DNA of 64,000 nucleotides from a virus: positions 1 to 64,000 of the IMG/VR virus record IMGVR_UViG_3300003860_000007. The stretch is one strand, 5' to 3'. Position 1 is the stretch's first letter. Each line of letters begins with the position of its first letter. The notes under the pieces were generated by a model. That model made no database searches and was not told the DNA's origin. It saw only the letters and a list, made by a program, of their open reading frames with translations. The translations under genes were made by a program, and so were the position numbers. This document shows, in pieces, positions 1 through 8,574 of the stretch.

Positions 1-647
1 TTTAGAAATATAATTTCTACATTATTATAATGAGATAAAATATACTTCATTTTAATTTTATCTTTATTACTATACCAACCTTTTACTTCAAAAAATTTTT
101 GTAAATTTGGACACCAGAAATCAGGAAAATATAAATGTTCTTTTTTATTATCATCAATCCAAATTAAATTTAAATTATCTTTATATGAAACAGGTTTTAC
201 CCAATCTTTATCTAGATAATTTAAAATTTCTGCAAATCGTTTTTCATATGTTCCTTGAACTTTAACTATAGTTCCATCTAATTTTTTAGTTTCGTACCAT
301 TTACATCTTCTACTGCCTCCACTAGCATGCTTACCCCCACCCCCTTTATTATTTTTAGAAATTTGTTCCTTTGCTATTTGTGTATGCTTATATAAACTTT
401 TTCTACCTTTTATGGGTGAAATTTTACCTTTATTTGGATGCCAATTTTTTCCTTTTTCTGTATGACAAGCCCATATATGAAATTTTACATTTTTAAATTC
501 TTTATTACAATATGGACATTGTTTTATAAATTTTTCTTTTTTTACTTTTACTTTTATTATTCCACATTTATCATAATGTTTTTTAAAATTTGATATACTA
601 ATTTCTTTGTTACATTTATCACAAACTTTTTTAGTTCTTGATTTCAT
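1..647 (-). CDS. Zinc-finger + PD-(D/E)xK-fold nuclease-like protein, 3' end cut by window start; paralog of 25099..25764
   Basis: Minus-strand translation from ATG at 645-647 reads MKSRTKKVCDKCNKEISISNFKKHYDKCG...KWYETKKLDGTIVKVQGTYEKRFAEILNYLDKDWVKP...YFPDFWCPNLQKFFEVKG. It is co-linear with, and shares many identical stretches with, ORF 25099..25764. It is absent from the ORF track because it runs off the window. Confidence 0.5.
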   Translation of the reverse strand, partial: MKSRTKKVCDKCNKEISISNFKKHYDKCGIIKVKVKKEKFIKQCPYCNKEFKNVKFHIWACHTEKGKNWHPNKGKISPIKGRKSLYKHTQIAKEQISKNNKGGGGKHASGGSRRCKWYETKKLDGTIVKVQGTYEKRFAEILNYLDKDWVKPVSYKDNLNLIWIDDNKKEHLYFPDFWCPNLQKFFEVKGWYSNKDKIKMKYILSHYNNVEIIFL

Positions 648-703
648 ATGAATTATTTTTTATTTATTATATTCATATTAACTCTTTTAGTTTTGCTACT
701 TTT

Positions 704-731
704 AAAAGTAACTCCATTCCATTACTACTAC
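704..731. repeat. Weak copy of dispersed R repeat (GTAACTC-N-CATTACTACTAC)
   Basis: aaaagtaactccattccattactactac resembles the repeat at 4396, 4643, 13785, 24912 and 25074. Confidence 0.3.
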
Positions 732-735
732 TTAG

Positions 736-807
736 TGCGGATAGAGGTAATCGAAACCTCATCTTAAGTTTGGAAGACTTGTACACTAGCCATTGTGCTA
801 TACCCGC
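736..807 (-). tRNA. tRNA-Gly (anticodon UCC)
   Basis: Manual cloverleaf: acceptor GCGGGTA/TATCCGC, D-arm GCAC-AATGGCTA-GTGT, anticodon loop CTTCCAA, T-arm GAGGT-TTCGATT-ACCTC. Confidence 0.6.
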
Positions 808-930
808 ATGATACTGAGAAAATTTAGAAGAATAAATTGCCGCGCCATTGCGGCTATTTCCCCTTATTATTATTTGGCGGGGAAATTCAGAATCGAACCG
901 ATGTAATTCTTACAGTTACTACAGTATTTG

Positions 931-1003
931 TGACCCCACCCAGAGTCGAACTGGGACAACTTGCTTAAAAGGCAAGGATTCTATCCATTGAAATTATGAG
1001 GTC
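931..1003 (-). tRNA. tRNA-Lys (anticodon UUU)
   Basis: Acceptor GACCTCA/TGGGGTC, anticodon stem CTTGC/GCAAG with loop CTTTTAA, T-arm CCCAG-TTCGACT-CTGGG. Confidence 0.55.
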
Positions 1004-1044
1004 AATTGCCAACATGTCAAAGATCGTTGTTCTAAGTAGAACGT

Positions 1045-1079
1045 AAAAAAGCGGGAACTTTTGAGGAACCCGCTTTTTA
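1045..1079. terminator. Hairpin flanked by A and T runs (bidirectional terminator-like)
   Basis: AAAAAGCGGG-13 nt-CCCGCTTTTT. Confidence 0.45.
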
Positions 1080-1407
1080 GATTATTATGATTGTCTTTAT
1101 TTACCAATCAAATATATCATATATACTGCGGGCGTAAGTTTTCCTCTAATGCCATTATCATTAGCATTCCAGTTGTTCACCATATGTTTCGCCATGCGTA
1201 TCATTTTCTGCGTTGTTTAATTTATTATTTTATTTATATATATTAGCAAAGTTTTAATTTTTTACCACTAAATGCAAATTATTTATTTTTTTTCTTACTA
1301 ATTTTATACATTGTAAATAGAAAAGTAAATGCTAACAAAATAACTCCTAATTCAAATATAAATACTTTCCAAAATATTATAGTATCGTTCATAACATTTA
1401 ATTTAGA

Positions 1408-1449
1408 GTGTAAATATAATACTAATTTCTGAATTAAAAAAATATTTTA
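1408..1449 (-). promoter_or_regulatory. Copy of conserved ~40-nt promoter-like motif (GTGTAAATATAATAnnAAtTcTGAaTtAAAAAAATATTTT)
   Basis: One of 14 near-identical copies; all lie immediately 5' of minus-strand start codons. Confidence 0.45.
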
Positions 1450-1453
1450 TCAA

Positions 1454-2053
1454 TTATTTTCTAATAATATGATTATTTATTTTTTGAGGCATAGCTGCTT
1501 CTATTAGTTTATCTGAAAATTGAATATTAGGACATTTCTTTTGCGCTTTTTCAAGAAATACTTTATACTCGTTTATATATTTTTTATAGTTCGCGTATAC
1601 ATAAATTAATCTATTGCTTTCTCCAATTGCTATTGTATTTGAGTCTCCTACTCTTTGAACAGTTAAAAATTTAGATTTTGTAGGAAGAACTGTAGTCCAA
1701 TTTTTATTTGTTTCTTGTAGTACTAATTGTTCAGCTTTTAACACTGAAAGAATATCATTGTGAATATTATTAGGTCTAAATTCTAAAAATAAATCTCCGT
1801 TTTCTATTATTACTCCTCTAACATCTTTTCCAAAATTGGTTAAATATTCTGGATTTCTCCATATTATAAAATCTTCATTTCTATAAAAAGGTTTTTTATC
1901 TCCTTTAAGTTTTTGTTTTTCTTGTTCTTCTTTATACTTTTTTTCAAATTCTTCATGTTCTCTTGGAACTCTTGATAAATTAGAATCTTGAGCAATAAAC
2001 TTATCTGATATACTCTCTTCTATTTTAATATTTTCACGAACAATCTTTAACAT
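1454..2053 (-). CDS. Hypothetical protein; N-terminus MLKIVRENIKIEE partially matches the conserved N-terminal module family
   Basis: ORF track; partial similarity to the MKIVRENINEKF...DPIxDMGIG family. Confidence 0.45.
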   Translation of the reverse strand: MLKIVRENIKIEESISDKFIAQDSNLSRVPREHEEFEKKYKEEQEKQKLKGDKKPFYRNEDFIIWRNPEYLTNFGKDVRGVIIENGDLFLEFRPNNIHNDILSVLKAEQLVLQETNKNWTTVLPTKSKFLTVQRVGDSNTIAIGESNRLIYVYANYKKYINEYKVFLEKAQKKCPNIQFSDKLIEAAMPQKINNHIIRK

Positions 2054-2068
2054 TTTTAATTTATATAT

Positions 2069-2278
2069 TCAATTTAAACCTATAGCAGTGAAACCTATTA
2101 GATAAGTATTATACACTTTAAATATATGATATTCTTTTTTAACAGCTTGATATTGAGCATATGCTTCAAGAGATATAAATTCATTAATAGTTACTTTAGC
2201 CTGATCAAAACAATATAACAATACATGATGCTGTCCAAGAGCTGCTGCATAAGTTGCAAAAATTTCTTTCTTTTTCAT
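2069..2278 (-). CDS. Small hypothetical protein (probable start MKKKEIF; ATGA overlap with upstream gene)
   Basis: ORF track. The internal Met at codon 23 abuts the stop of 2275..2655, a typical translational-coupling overlap. Confidence 0.3.
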   Translation of the reverse strand: MKKKEIFATYAAALGQHHVLLYCFDQAKVTINEFISLEAYAQYQAVKKEYHIFKVYNTYLIGFTAIGLN

Positions 2279-2655
2279 AATAAATCTATCATTTCTTGAG
2301 TTAGTGTTCCTTGTAATAATGTACAATTTGCAGGAGACCCCCAATATTCAATTTTATCTACTTCATAAAATCCTATTCTTTTGAACATTGAAGCTAATTT
2401 TTTAGTTATAGAAGCTGCTTGTAATAAAGTTTCAGGAGGAAAATAAGAAAGTAACTGTTTTAACATTAATTTAAATTTTCCAGTTCCTCTATATTCTTTA
2501 AAAACTATACTTCCATTAAGAATAACCAAACCATTTGGATATTCTTTATTTATAATATAAAAATAGTCTATATTACCATATTGTGTTTCAAATATATGTG
2601 GCGTGAAGATCACCTCGTTATCATCGAGTGATTCTCTGACTACTTTAGTATCCAT
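2275..2655 (-). CDS. GNAT-family N-acetyltransferase-like protein
   Basis: FKEYRGTGKFKLMLKQLL resembles GNAT motif A (R/Q-x-x-G-x-G/A). Confidence 0.45.
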   Translation of the reverse strand: MDTKVVRESLDDNEVIFTPHIFETQYGNIDYFYIINKEYPNGLVILNGSIVFKEYRGTGKFKLMLKQLLSYFPPETLLQAASITKKLASMFKRIGFYEVDKIEYWGSPANCTLLQGTLTQEMIDLL

Positions 2656-2694
2656 CTTATATGGTTATATTAAAATTTATTTATGTTCTTAGAG

Positions 2695-2734
2695 AGTAAA
2701 TATAATAAAATTTTTTGATATAAAAAAATATTTT
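2695..2734 (-). promoter_or_regulatory. Copy of conserved promoter-like motif
   Basis: agtaaatataataaaattttttgatataaaaaaatatttt, about 40 nt 5' of the start of 2275..2655. Confidence 0.45.
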
Positions 2735-2745
2735 ATCAATTATTT

Positions 2746-2946
2746 TTATTCTTCTTTTATATAAGCGTTTTTTACTTTAACGTTTTTCTTTACAGCATTT
2801 ATAAACTGCCATGGATTTTCAATTCCATAAATTTCTTTTCTATAATTATTATCATATATTATGACTACACAATATGTAACAGGTTTAAGAGGCACATACC
2901 CATTAAAAAAGGATTTTGGATTATATGATTTAAAAAAATCACTCAT
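2746..2946 (-). CDS. Hypothetical small protein
   Basis: ORF track only. Confidence 0.3.
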   Translation of the reverse strand: MSDFFKSYNPKSFFNGYVPLKPVTYCVVIIYDNNYRKEIYGIENPWQFINAVKKNVKVKNAYIKEE

Positions 2947-3284
2947 TTATGTACTTTAAATCCTTTATCTTTTAGTAGTGCTTGTATACCAGATCTATAC
3001 CAACTAAACGCAGTTTGAGGATTACCTTTAACTGTAATATATTTTGTAATAAAATCTCCTATTTTTTGATCATATTTATGAGGAAACCAGTTATCAGCAG
3101 ATCTTATTATATCTTCAGGAATTTCACGTGTTTCTAAGATTTGATGTAAATGATCTACTATCCATTTATCTAATTCTAACCAAGTATTAAAATCGCGATG
3201 TACATAAAGTCCAATTCCCATATCTTCTATAGGATCCGATTCTTCTTTAAATACTTCATTTATATTTTCTCTAACTAATTTCAT
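2943..3284 (-). CDS. Member of conserved-N-terminal-module paralog family
   Basis: N-terminus MKLVRENINEVFKEESDPIEDMGIG. Confidence 0.6.
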   Translation of the reverse strand: MKLVRENINEVFKEESDPIEDMGIGLYVHRDFNTWLELDKWIVDHLHQILETREIPEDIIRSADNWFPHKYDQKIGDFITKYITVKGNPQTAFSWYRSGIQALLKDKGFKVHK

Positions 3285-4105
3285 TCGTAAAAAGGCATTT
3301 TAACTTTACAAATCTTTCTAATTTTCGCTTCAGTAATTCCATAATGCATAGACATACAAACAGTTCCATCTATTCTTTTTGGAAATCCTTTTAATGATCT
3401 TATATCGTTATCTGATGCATTAAAATCTTCTTTTACATATTCAGGAAATCCTATGCATGATTGTATAGTTCCTGGAACACAAAAATTTCCATACACATGG
3501 TGAAATTTAATATATTCAGGAAGTTTTTTATATTTTGGATAAGTATTTCTAACACAATATAAATTTACTTGACCTTGTACTGTAATGCTTAAATCTTTAT
3601 TTATAGTATAATCAATAATATTCATTTCTTTAAGCCAATCTTTAATCTTTTTAATGATTCCTATACCCATGTCTTGAATAGGATCAGTATCTTCAGCAAA
3701 TTTTTCATTAACTGATTCATTTATTTTTAATACATCAAAATATTCGTCCCAAACTTCTATAGGGGCAGATCCATATGTATAATAATATCCTCCCGAATCT
3801 ATATACCTTCTTGCTGTTATAGCGTTCTGCACATTATCTCCAAAATTAATTATTACTAAACTTAAAATATTTTTTTCTTTGTTTACTTCTTTAACTATAC
3901 TAGTATTGCCTTTACGAATTCTTGCGGTGACCTTTTCAATATTTTCGTCAAAAATAATATCATTGTTTTTTTGATATAAATCTTGTTTAACTATAATTAT
4001 ATCTCCTTTCTTTATTCTCGTAAATTTAGATCCAATACCTAAATCCCATATGGGATCAGTTCCTTGTTCAAATTTTTCATTTATATGTTCTTTTACTATT
4101 TTCAT
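3281..4105 (-). CDS. Member of conserved-N-terminal-module family (module present twice)
   Basis: N-terminal MKIVKEHINEKFEQGTDPIWDLGIG plus an internal second copy INESVNEKFAEDTDPIQDMGIG near aa 130. Confidence 0.6.
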   Translation of the reverse strand: MKIVKEHINEKFEQGTDPIWDLGIGSKFTRIKKGDIIIVKQDLYQKNNDIIFDENIEKVTARIRKGNTSIVKEVNKEKNILSLVIINFGDNVQNAITARRYIDSGGYYYTYGSAPIEVWDEYFDVLKINESVNEKFAEDTDPIQDMGIGIIKKIKDWLKEMNIIDYTINKDLSITVQGQVNLYCVRNTYPKYKKLPEYIKFHHVYGNFCVPGTIQSCIGFPEYVKEDFNASDNDIRSLKGFPKRIDGTVCMSMHYGITEAKIRKICKVKMPFYE

Positions 4106-4129
4106 ATATTCTATTTATCTAACAAAACA

Positions 4130-4159
4130 AAAGGCCAAGATTATAAAACCTTGGCCTTT
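4130..4159. terminator. Hairpin terminator-like (AAAGGCCAAG-loop-CTTGGCCTTT)
   Basis: Perfect 10-bp inverted repeat directly after gene 3281..4105. Confidence 0.5.
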
Positions 4160-4395
4160 CAATATCGTCTGAGAAAAATTAGGAAGCGTGTTTTTATAAG
4201 TTGTCTCTTATGCTCTAACCTACTTATCAATCTGTCCTGTACGTGATTAAAAGACGCCTAAGACACCGCACCTTCGGGAATTACGGCCCTTTCGGGAAAA
4301 TTGATGTTCAGAATCAAGAGCGCTGTCATAGTTTGAATTTATCTAGGTTGCCGAAATCCATCAGCTGGGTTTTAACTATGTTGCCATAGAAAAAA

Positions 4396-4426
4396 GGTTT
4401 CGAAGTACCGCTTGACCTTACTACAG
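4396..4426. repeat. Dispersed R repeat copy (GGTTTCGAAGTAcC-N-CCTTACTACAG)
   Basis: ggtttcgaagtaccgcttgaccttactacag. Confidence 0.5.
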
Positions 4427-4642
4427 ATGTTGTTTAAAATATAACTGAGAATTGTTGTTTTGTGCGTTTTAAGGAATTATCTTTCCGAAAATCGTTGCGG
4501 TGATTTTCAATACCGTGCTGTGTTGTGTAGGCCGAAGCCGCAAACCTTGAGCGTTATTTAACTGATTTAATTGGCATTGCTGCCGATCAATAGTATGACT
4601 CTTTCGAGCCAGAAGTTGCCGAGGCAACGTTTTGTTGGTTTC

Positions 4643-4674
4643 GAAGTATCACAAAAACTTCACTACAGTTTTAT
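4643..4674. repeat. Dispersed R repeat copy
   Basis: ggtttcgaagtatcacaaaaacttcactacag. Confidence 0.5.
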
Positions 4675-4785
4675 TATTAAAAATTTTAAAGAACTTTTAT
4701 ATACTATATATGGATTTAAAAAGTATTAGTTTTATAACTTAATGCATTTATTTCATTAATATATAAAATAAAAGTAGTAAGTTTT

Positions 4786-5361
4786 ATGATTAAAGAAGAA
4801 AAACATCATTATGTATATTTAACTACTAATCTTATCAATGGTAAACAATATATTGGTGATAGAACATGTAAATGTAATCCTGAAAATGATAAGTATTTAG
4901 GAAGTGGCAGACCATATTTTCAAAATGCTATTAAAGAATATGGAAAAAATAATTTTAGCAAACAAATACTTGAATGTTTTAATACAAGAGAAGAAGCTTT
5001 TAATGCCCAAGAAAAATATATTATACAATATAATACGCTTATTCCTAATGGATATAATATAAGTCCTAAAGGTGGCCATAATGTTAAAGAATGTTGGAGC
5101 AAAGAATCTAAAGAAAAATGCAGTAACACTAAAAAAGGAAAAATTGGATATTGGAAAAATAAAAAATTATCAGAAGAACATATTAAACATTTAAAAGAAA
5201 ATCATAAAGGAATGTTAGGAAAATATCATTCAGATGATTCTAAATTACAACTTAGTAATTCAATGAAAATCAAAAATAACGGAAAAGAAACAGAAGAACA
5301 TAAACAAAAAATAAAATTAAGTATGCAAAATTATTGGGCAAAAAAGAAATTAGTGCATTAA
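4786..5361 (+). CDS. GIY-YIG homing endonuclease with C-terminal NUMOD-like DNA-binding repeats
   Basis: HYVYLTTNLINGKQYIGD is a GIY...YIG motif. The C-terminal K/H-rich repeats GKIGYWKNKKLSEEHIKHLKENHKG match the Seg/I-TevI architecture. Confidence 0.85.
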   Translation: MIKEEKHHYVYLTTNLINGKQYIGDRTCKCNPENDKYLGSGRPYFQNAIKEYGKNNFSKQILECFNTREEAFNAQEKYIIQYNTLIPNGYNISPKGGHNVKECWSKESKEKCSNTKKGKIGYWKNKKLSEEHIKHLKENHKGMLGKYHSDDSKLQLSNSMKIKNNGKETEEHKQKIKLSMQNYWAKKKLVH

Positions 5362-5365
5362 TTTT

Positions 5366-5578
5366 CTATCTTGTAATTGCAACATCTCCAGTAGAACTTA
5401 TAACTACAACATAATGTGTATTATTCATATCTAGTTGATAAACTGAAGCTTTTCCATCTAACGTTGTAACTTTATAAGAAGATTGCGGGGGTGCTACAAC
5501 TTTAGTTGCAGCAAATACAGTTATAGCAAAAAGTAAAACAAGTGTTACTAAAACAATAATAAATTTTGGAGTTTTCAT
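5366..5578 (-). CDS. Small secreted or membrane-anchored protein
   Basis: N-terminal hydrophobic signal-like segment MKTPKFIIVLVTLVLLFAITVFAA. Confidence 0.35.
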   Translation of the reverse strand: MKTPKFIIVLVTLVLLFAITVFAATKVVAPPQSSYKVTTLDGKASVYQLDMNNTHYVVVISSTGDVAITR

Positions 5579-5579
5579 G

Positions 5580-6755
5580 TTATTTTATATTAAGTTGATA
5601 TTTACAAAATTCTATCATTTTTTCATCTCCTGTATGTTTTCCTTCTGAATCAGACAATTTAATACAAGGTACCCATTCATCGTCAGGATCAGGTTTTGCT
5701 GCAATTAGTTTAATAACCATATTAAGTGGGTTAACTCCAACATCATTAGATAAATTTGTGCCTATTCCCATTGCGCATTTAATTTCTTTATTACATGATT
5801 TTGTTAATTCAATTGCAAGATCAGGATTAAGATTATCTGAAAAAATTATAGTTTTATCATTGGGGTCAATTCCCATACTTTGATAATGTTTAATAACTTT
5901 TTCTGCAAAATGAAATGGATTTCCACTATCATGTCTTACACCATCAAAAAGCTTTGAGAATTTTTTTCCAAATGATTTAAAGAATGATTCTGTTGTAAAT
6001 GTATCTGTAAGAGCAATTCCAAGATCACCTTGATAAACATTTGACCAGTTTTCAAGAGCTAAAAAATTTGCTTGTTTAAATCCATATTTTGCAGCATGAA
6101 ACATAAACCATTCATGTGCATGAGTTCCTATTGGAGTAAGATTAAACATATGAGCAAAGTGTACATTAGAAGTTCCATTAAAATTATCTCTCATACTAAA
6201 TGCTAAATCTTCTACAACTTCTTTTTGATTTTCATATGAATATCTTCTACGAGTTCCAAATTCAGAAATCTTAACTCCATGATTATTAAATAATGCAGCT
6301 TTTTTTAGATTATTTTGTTCTCTTTCTACTCTTGAATTTATTTTTTCTCCCGTCATTTTAAAATACAATTCAGATATAAGAGCAAGAAGTGGAACTTCCC
6401 AAAGAATTGTACGATACCAGTAGCCTTCTACAGTTACTTGAAGTTCACTTCCATTTTGTATAACTCCAACTTCTGAAGGATTATATCTATATCCTGCCAA
6501 AAAATCAAAATACGCAGGATCGATATATTTACATTTAGTTTCAAAGAAGTGTTTTTCTGCAGTCAAAAGTTTAAGAGAAGACATATGAGAAATTTGTAAT
6601 CTTAGTTCTTCTGCAAATCCTTCTGGAAAATTTACTTTTGAACGAACTATTAATGCATATTTAACTTTTGCTCTTGGAAAAAGTTTTAACACTGCATTCA
6701 TCATACTAAATTTATAAAGATCGTTATCGAGTATTGATGTAATTATAGGTTCCAT
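5580..6755 (-). CDS. pncB: Nicotinate phosphoribosyltransferase (PncB-like); probable start at internal MEPIITS, ORF track gives 5580..6794
   Basis: Motifs DNDLYKFSM, EFGTRRR, GTSNVHFA, PIGTHAHEW, GVRHDSGNP and GIGTNL follow PncB/NAPRTase order. The start is trimmed to the Met adjacent to the upstream stop. Confidence 0.75.
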   Translation of the reverse strand: MEPIITSILDNDLYKFSMMNAVLKLFPRAKVKYALIVRSKVNFPEGFAEELRLQISHMSSLKLLTAEKHFFETKCKYIDPAYFDFLAGYRYNPSEVGVIQNGSELQVTVEGYWYRTILWEVPLLALISELYFKMTGEKINSRVEREQNNLKKAALFNNHGVKISEFGTRRRYSYENQKEVVEDLAFSMRDNFNGTSNVHFAHMFNLTPIGTHAHEWFMFHAAKYGFKQANFLALENWSNVYQGDLGIALTDTFTTESFFKSFGKKFSKLFDGVRHDSGNPFHFAEKVIKHYQSMGIDPNDKTIIFSDNLNPDLAIELTKSCNKEIKCAMGIGTNLSNDVGVNPLNMVIKLIAAKPDPDDEWVPCIKLSDSEGKHTGDEKMIEFCKYQLNIK

Positions 6756-6756
6756 T

Positions 6757-7224
6757 TTATATTTTTTTAGCATGAAAATAAGTGACTCCATCAATTTCTG
6801 TCATATCAAGAATTTTAAATTGATATGCACTAAATAATGCTGTTACAATTCTTGGTGTTAACGATCTATCAATTTTATTATCTAATAAATTAAATATAAC
6901 ATCTATAAGCTTTCCATATAATATATGAGTTTTTAAACTCAACATAGGTTTACTTGCTATAAATTTTCCATATACATAAGTATTCTTTTTTAAAAGATTA
7001 TTAAAATCTTTAATAGTATCGTCTAAATATTTAATTTCATTTAATTTTTTAAGATGAACAAGCGTTTTAATTCCTTTTAGTTCATCTTTATCATAGAAAT
7101 AAAAATGTTTTCCCGAAAGAAATAAAACTTTTTCATCTTTAACTTTTTTATGTTTTTGCACATATGCATGCATAACATGATCATATGTTTCATCTTTATA
7201 TTGAATATCATTAAAACTTTTCAT
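6757..7224 (-). CDS. Hypothetical protein
   Basis: ORF track only. Confidence 0.35.
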   Translation of the reverse strand: MKSFNDIQYKDETYDHVMHAYVQKHKKVKDEKVLFLSGKHFYFYDKDELKGIKTLVHLKKLNEIKYLDDTIKDFNNLLKKNTYVYGKFIASKPMLSLKTHILYGKLIDVIFNLLDNKIDRSLTPRIVTALFSAYQFKILDMTEIDGVTYFHAKKI

Positions 7225-7226
7225 TA

Positions 7227-7592
7227 TTATCTTATTCTAAATGTATCAAAAAATGTTCTAAACGATAGTCTTTTTTTCAAAATTATTGTTTCAGATACGT
7301 ATTGAGTATCATTTTCATAATATTTTGTTCCTTTAGGAATTATGAATTTAAATACAGTTAAGTAAGAATGAGCATCATCTGCCGCAATTTTAAAACTTTT
7401 ATATGAATGATAGCCTATGTTAATAGAAACTTGATCATAATAAAAAGTAGCATCAAATTCTACTTTTTTATTTAAAAGATTTTTAGTATATTGAAAATCT
7501 GTAAACCAAGATATTCCTCTTCTAGTCATAGTTTTATAACAAACTATATCTTTTTTTGCTGTTTTAAGAACATTTTTTCCAGTAAAACACAT
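7227..7592 (-). CDS. Hypothetical protein
   Basis: ORF track only. Confidence 0.35.
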   Translation of the reverse strand: MCFTGKNVLKTAKKDIVCYKTMTRRGISWFTDFQYTKNLLNKKVEFDATFYYDQVSINIGYHSYKSFKIAADDAHSYLTVFKFIIPKGTKYYENDTQYVSETIILKKRLSFRTFFDTFRIR

Positions 7593-7603
7593 ATTTTTAA
7601 TTT

Positions 7604-8508
7604 TTAAAAGATTAGACTTCCTTCATCATCCCAACGACAATATAATTTACTATTTTCTCTTAAGATAACATATTTAAGAGATTCGTTATTGCCTTTAGAC
7701 ATACAATCATCATCAATAACAACTGACATTCCATTTATAGAATAAACTTTTGCACCAAACGGAAGAGTATAAAGAAATTCACCATTTCCCGCCTTTTTAG
7801 GAAACATTCTCTCAGTTCCTATATATGCATTTTCTCCTGTAATATATTTCTTAATAGCACTTATAGTTTCGTCTTTACATGCATTTTCTTTAACCCATTC
7901 ACCTTCGTCATTTATAATAAATCCATCTTTATCTAACTCATAATATATTTTTCTAAAAGTAACTTGATTTGCACCAAGAAATTTACATCTAGCTATAATT
8001 TCTTTTGGAGTATGATTATCATATTCTTTTAACATATTAAGACTTAAACGAATATTAAATCCTCGTGATTTAAGTAAAGAAATTAATTCTGATAAGTTAA
8101 ATTTTAATTTTTTAGAAACTCCAATTATATTTAAATTATTTTCATCAGAAAAAATATCAGCAACAGAAAGACTTATCGTATTTACTTGAAGTTTTTGTAA
8201 TAATCAATATTATCATCATCTAATAATACTCCAGTAGTTTGTAACTCAACATTAGGAAATGGATAATTTAAATCTTTAAATAAAACAGATAAAACTTTTA
8301 AGAAATTTGTATTTTGCAAAGCTTCTCCTGTTCCTGTAAGAATACAAGTATTTACTCCATTCATTACAGCATACTTAATACGTTTTTCTATTTGAATATA
8401 CATAAAAGTATCTTCATATGGAGAATCATGCATTCTACTTACACAAAATGGACATTTATTTACACAACTTTTTGTAGGAACTACGATAGAAATTGTCTAA
8501 ATGTTCAT
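7604..8508 (-). CDS. Radical-SAM activase-like protein (PflA/NrdG-like), disrupted: in-frame TAG at codon 4 and a +1 frame change near 8185-8203
   Basis: Minus strand reads ATG AAC ATT TAG then ...TISIVVPTKSCVNKCPFCVSRMHDSPY... with a CxxxCxxC cluster. ILTGTGEALQNTNF resembles the GGEA/P motif of glycyl-radical activating enzymes. ORF 8182..8433 ends in TAA. The reading frame of ORF 7604..8035 is open upstream to 8203 (LLQKLQVNTISLSVADIF...). Confidence 0.5.
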
Positions 8509-8523
8509 ATATTAATTATTATT

Positions 8524-8564
8524 GTGTAAATATAATACTAATTTCTGAATTAAAAAAATATTTT
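8524..8564 (-). promoter_or_regulatory. Copy of conserved promoter-like motif
   Basis: gtgtaaatataatactaatttctgaattaaaaaaatatttt, just 5' of the radical-SAM gene start. Confidence 0.45.
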
Positions 8565-8574
8565 GCTATTTATT

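Larger units (their letters stand above)
4250..4700 (+). other. GC-rich, apparently structured non-coding block upstream of GIY-YIG gene
   Basis: No ORF on either strand. Visibly higher G+C than the surroundings. Several short hairpins with UUCG/GNRA-type loops (caccTTCGgg, cccTTTCGgg, gttgcCGAGgcaac, ggcCGAAgcc, CGGTgattttcaatACCG). Flanked by two R-repeat copies. Confidence 0.35.

Noticed and set aside
4064-5129. Small ORFs 4064..4246 (+), 4897..5079 (-), 4920..5129 (-)
   Set aside because: They overlap a terminator and gene start, or lie antisense inside the well-supported GIY-YIG gene, and have hydrophobic low-complexity translations typical of AT-rich antisense frames.
4250-5361. Group I intron carrying the GIY-YIG ORF (as in T4 td/nrdB introns)
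   Set aside because: There are no same-strand flanking exons: both neighbouring genes are complete and on the opposite strand. I could not identify P7/P3 core pairings by eye. Kept only as a structured non-coding block of unknown nature.
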